Positions 60,824 to 64,000 of a stretch of DNA of 64,000 nucleotides are shown here, piece by piece. A program made the position numbers and the translations under genes. Numbering within the stretch: position 1 is the stretch's first letter; every line of letters begins with the position of its first letter. Where the stretch lies: assembly GCA_963676615.1 (NCBI GenBank), contig OY781092.1, forward strand, positions 576,001 to 640,000, written 5' to 3'. The notes beneath the pieces were generated by a model that was not told where the DNA came from, did not search any database, and saw nothing but the letters and a program-made list of their open reading frames with translations. This DNA comes from Candidatus Cloacimonadota bacterium (GTDB lineage Bacteria > Cloacimonadota > Cloacimonadia > G963667145).

Positions 60824-60918
60824 CTTTTAGCCTGCTTTGAATTTGCTCTTGACAAAAAAGCAAATGTTAAATGAATAAAAAAACTGCTGAAATTATTTTG
60901 GATTAGCAGGGGAAAACA

Positions 60919-61083
60919 TTGGCAGAAAAGAACAAAGAAATCTTTGAAAATAATTTGGTTACTCGCAAAGATTTGGCAGAAACTGAGACAAAAATTGTAA
61001 AATGGGTAGTGGGAGTTATGATAGCACAAGTTGCTTTAATTTTATCTGCAATGACAATTTTGTTTAATACATTTTTGCCATGA
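60919..61083 (+). CDS. 54-aa membrane-anchored protein, DUF1640/CCDC90-like C-terminus (absent from the ORF track)
   Basis: TTG start after AGGGG; MAEKNKEIFENNLVTRKDLAETETKIVKWVVGVMIAQVALILSAMTILFNTFLP. Confidence 0.65.
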   Translation: MAEKNKEIFENNLVTRKDLAETETKIVKWVVGVMIAQVALILSAMTILFNTFLP

Positions 61084-61158
61084 AAAGTTGTATATAACAA
61101 AGGTTATATAGACAGAAACTCTAATAGGTTGGTAATATTTATGAAGTTCAAAACAAAA

Positions 61159-61190
61159 CAGCAGTCAGCAGTCAGCAGTCAGCAGTCAGC
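61159..61190 (+). repeat. Heptamer tandem repeat (CAGCAGT)x4 + CAGC
   Basis: Read directly from the sequence. Confidence 0.95.
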
Positions 61191-61308
61191 CAAGTTTTTG
61201 ATGAATTAGAGTCAATAGTTTTTAGAGAACACCAAAAGATAGTTTAATCGGTTACGATTGAACTATCTTTTTTTATTTGGATTTTTAATAAAAAAAGGAG
61301 AGAAAAAA

Positions 61309-62652
61309 ATGAAGAAATTTAATTTATTGGTTTTGGGAGTAATTGCATTATTTGCTTTTGCTTGTACTGGTTCTACTGGAAGTGGGGATGATCCAGAGAG
61401 GAAGGAAGATGATCAAACTTTGAGTACTATAAAAATTAGTGGAAATTTTGTGTCATTGAGTACGAACAAAAGTGTTATGCAAAATTCTACAGCTAGCCAA
61501 TATTATGTTTGGTTTTATAGTATTGACAATAGTGGTGTTCACTTTTTGCAAAAAAGTGAAGTTGGTTCTACAGGAAATTTTTCTGCGAATATTGAAGATG
61601 ATAAAAAATTTGTAGCTTTTTTGGTGGATGAGTCTAAAGATTATGAAAAGTCAAAAGGTGTGATAGGTGTTTCTGTTGGTGAAGAAGAATGGGAAGCTTT
61701 AAATACCGAATATTTTGATGGTGATATAAATTTGGGGGATTTGTCTGGAAATAGCGATTTATATGAAAGTAGCTTTGATTTGGAAAGCAATGAAAATAAA
61801 AGCAATATTGAAAATTTGGCTAAATATGATAATATTCTCCGTAGCGTGAAAAATACTATAAACTTATCAGAATTAGGTGCTCGTTCTAGGAGTGATGTAG
61901 TGTTTGGATCTGAAAATAAAGATAAATTTAAAGATAATTATGGTGAAGTGTCTGATTTTAGTTTTTCAGGTTATCAGCTTGTTTTATATAGAGATGAAAA
62001 ATTTAATAGCGGCATTAAATTATATCCGCCTTCAGATGTTAGTTGGGGAAACGGAACATCTTATTCTACAATTTCTGGTTGTGATGCTAGTTATGAAAAT
62101 GATGATCAATTTTTGGAGTTTGGTTATGGAGAAGATAAGGACAATTTATTTCAAACTATTCCCGAAGGAAATTGGAGTCTGAAAGATAATAATGATAATG
62201 TGATAGCTTATTTGGATTATTATATATCGAAGCCAGTAAAAGATGATGGCAGAAGTGTAGTGCCGATGGTTAGTTTTAAAGTGAATACGGAAAATGATAA
62301 AATTGTGTCTTTTGACTTGAAATATTATCTGTATGACGGAAGTAATTATATAGAAATGACCGCAGAACAAATAGAAGCCTACAAGTTTCTTATTACTAAC
62401 TTTAGGTGTGGATTAGTTGATTTTAATCCAAATAATGATAATAATAAGAGGGTTGACGCGGATATAGATCTTAGTTTTGGAGAAAGTCATATAGAAATGA
62501 CCGATGCTATTTATCCTGATACAGAACTTTTGACAGATGGGAAATACGATTTTTATTACAATCAAAGCAGCGATAAAAGTTGTGATTACATAAGTTTTGG
62601 TTATGAACTTAATAATCTAAAAGTAAGCCAAAGGTTAAGGTTGGACAAATAA
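61309..62652 (+). CDS. Hypothetical acidic lipoprotein, AT-rich
   Basis: AAGGAG RBS, MKKFNLLVLGVIALFAFA-C lipobox, Gly/Ser linker; no family recognised. Confidence 0.8.
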   Translation: MKKFNLLVLGVIALFAFACTGSTGSGDDPERKEDDQTLSTIKISGNFVSLSTNKSVMQNSTASQYYVWFYSIDNSGVHFLQKSEVGSTGNFSANIEDDKKFVAFLVDESKDYEKSKGVIGVSVGEEEWEALNTEYFDGDINLGDLSGNSDLYESSFDLESNENKSNIENLAKYDNILRSVKNTINLSELGARSRSDVVFGSENKDKFKDNYGEVSDFSFSGYQLVLYRDEKFNSGIKLYPPSDVSWGNGTSYSTISGCDASYENDDQFLEFGYGEDKDNLFQTIPEGNWSLKDNNDNVIAYLDYYISKPVKDDGRSVVPMVSFKVNTENDKIVSFDLKYYLYDGSNYIEMTAEQIEAYKFLITNFRCGLVDFNPNNDNNKRVDADIDLSFGESHIEMTDAIYPDTELLTDGKYDFYYNQSSDKSCDYISFGYELNNLKVSQRLRLDK

Positions 62653-62690
62653 AAGTTGAAAGATTAGAAAATAGTTGTATAGTTATAGAA

Positions 62691-62723
62691 AGCCGAGCCG
62701 CAAAATTGCGACTCGGTTTTTTT
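62691..62723. terminator. Intrinsic terminator between convergent genes, probably bidirectional
   Basis: AGCCGAGCCGCAA-AA-TTGCGACTCGGTT followed by a T run. Confidence 0.8.
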
Positions 62724-62730
62724 GTGCAAA

Positions 62731-64000
62731 TCAATCTTTTTTGCAAAAGTCGATGCCAGTTGTTTTTTGCGCTTTGGCTATGAGCTCAGCAGCTAGCTCA
62801 TTTTGTTTTTTTATTAGCGGAGCGAGCTCGAAGTTGTGTTTGCCGTTTTCGATAACGACTTTGCCGTTGATGATGGATGTGTCCACGCAGGCTGTGTCTT
62901 GGCAGAAGATGAGCGCTGCCACAGGGTCGCTCATTCCGCCAGCGTAGGCGATGCGCTGCATATCGTAGAGGACGATGTCCGCGCATTTGCCGACTTCGAG
63001 GCTGCCGATATCGTCGCGACCGAGCGCCAAAGCTCCGCCTTTGGTGGCTATCCAAAGCACATCGCGAGCCGTCAGCCAGTTTTTTTTGTCTTCTCGCAGC
63101 CGAGAAAGGAGCATCGCCAGACGAGCCTCTGTCAGCATATTAGACGAGTCGTTGGAGGCAGAACCGTCCACGCCAAGTCCAACACACACTCCAGCGTCAA
63201 GCATCTCTCTGATGCGGGCAATTCCCGAGCCGAGTCGCATATTGGACGAAGGACAGTGCGAGATGCCCATTTTGCGGGAGCCCATCGTTTTAATTTCGTC
63301 GTCGCTGAGGTGAATCGAGTGAGCAGTCCAGCTGTTTTCGGCGATCCAGCCCAAGTCGTCTAGATATTTGGCAGGTCTTGCGCCAAACTTTTCGATGCAA
63401 AAATTTTCTTCGTCTTTGGTCTCGGCTAGATGCGTGTGGATCATCAGATTGTTGGCTTTGGCAAATTCGGCGACGCTTTTCATTTGTTTGCCAGTTACCG
63501 AAAAAGGCGAGCAAGGCGCAAGGCTAATGCGGAGCATCGCCCCAAAAGAAGGGTCGTGATATTTCTCGATTAAGCGTTTGCTGTCTTGCAAAATTTCATC
63601 TTCGTCTTGAACGACATCGTCGGGCGGCAACCCGCCGTCTTTTGTAGAAAGCGTCATCGAGCCTCTTGTCGGCTGAAAGCGGATGCCGAGCTCTTGCGCC
63701 GCCCTTATCTCTTGGTCGATAAGCTTGCCGTCGGTGTGCCTGGGGAAAAGATACATATGATCGGTGGAGGTTGTGCAGCCCGTGAGCAGCAGCTCCAAAA
63801 GTCCGACTTTCGCCGAAATATATACGCCCTCGCTCGTCAGCTCACGCCACAGCTCGTAATGATTTACCAGCCACGGAAAAAGCTCCTGGTCTTGCATTTT
63901 CGGGACATTTCGTGTCAGCGTCTGATAGAGGTGATGATGGCAGTTTACCATTCCAGGCATCGCCAATTTTCCCGTTGCATCGACGATTTTGTCAAAAGTT
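62731..64000 (-). CDS. 8-oxoguanine deaminase-like amidohydrolase (AtzB/TRZ family), 5' end outside the window
   Basis: PG.VNCHHHLYQTLTR, GGLPPD, APCSPFSV, HTHLAET, HCPSSNMRLGSG, GVDGSASND; frame open to the window edge. Confidence 0.88.
   Translation of the reverse strand, partial: TFDKIVDATGKLAMPGMVNCHHHLYQTLTRNVPKMQDQELFPWLVNHYELWRELTSEGVYISAKVGLLELLLTGCTTSTDHMYLFPRHTDGKLIDQEIRAAQELGIRFQPTRGSMTLSTKDGGLPPDDVVQDEDEILQDSKRLIEKYHDPSFGAMLRISLAPCSPFSVTGKQMKSVAEFAKANNLMIHTHLAETKDEENFCIEKFGARPAKYLDDLGWIAENSWTAHSIHLSDDEIKTMGSRKMGISHCPSSNMRLGSGIARIREMLDAGVCVGLGVDGSASNDSSNMLTEARLAMLLSRLREDKKNWLTARDVLWIATKGGALALGRDDIGSLEVGKCADIVLYDMQRIAYAGGMSDPVAALIFCQDTACVDTSIINGKVVIENGKHNFELAPLIKKQNELAAELIAKAQKTTGIDFCKKD

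Noticed and set aside
61159..61190. CRISPR or iteron interpretation of the repeat
   Set aside because: 7-nt units without spacers; no cas or rep genes

Overview
Gene-dense 64-kb chromosomal segment from a diderm (lnt, hldD, tonB-exbBD, beta-barrel), probably anaerobic bacterium. The gene mix (SpoVG-like, RicT/PSP1, PASTA protein, HydB-type flavoprotein, tryptophanase) would fit Cloacimonadota or another FCB-related lineage, but this is inference only. It is mostly housekeeping: nadBAC, hsp20, putP-exbBD-tonB, rnpB, recJ, lnt, hldD, tnaA, yebC, atpDC, secDF, gatB, modABC, moeA, mfd, pepP, rel, dapF, thrC, lepB, proS, trmL, murA. I saw no transposase, integrase, phage gene, CRISPR array, tRNA or rRNA. 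Most notable: (1) modC is split exactly at an in-phase A_AAA_AAG heptamer, so its regulatory TOBE region is reached only by a -1 shift (programmed frameshift, slippage, mutation or assembly error); (2) a CoaE-AroD-AroE triple fusion is translationally coupled to a stand-alone FolP N-terminal-like domain; (3) three accessory inserts: an AT-rich GT2+GT-C cassette, two lipoproteins sharing an unnamed N-terminal domain (one with LRRs), and an AT-rich block with an unlisted 54-aa ORF, a (CAGCAGT)n repeat and an orphan lipoprotein; (4) a radical SAM + GT2 pair sits inside the dapF-rel run, and a bifurcating-type HydB has no partner nearby. All calls come from motif recognition by eye; no searches were run.
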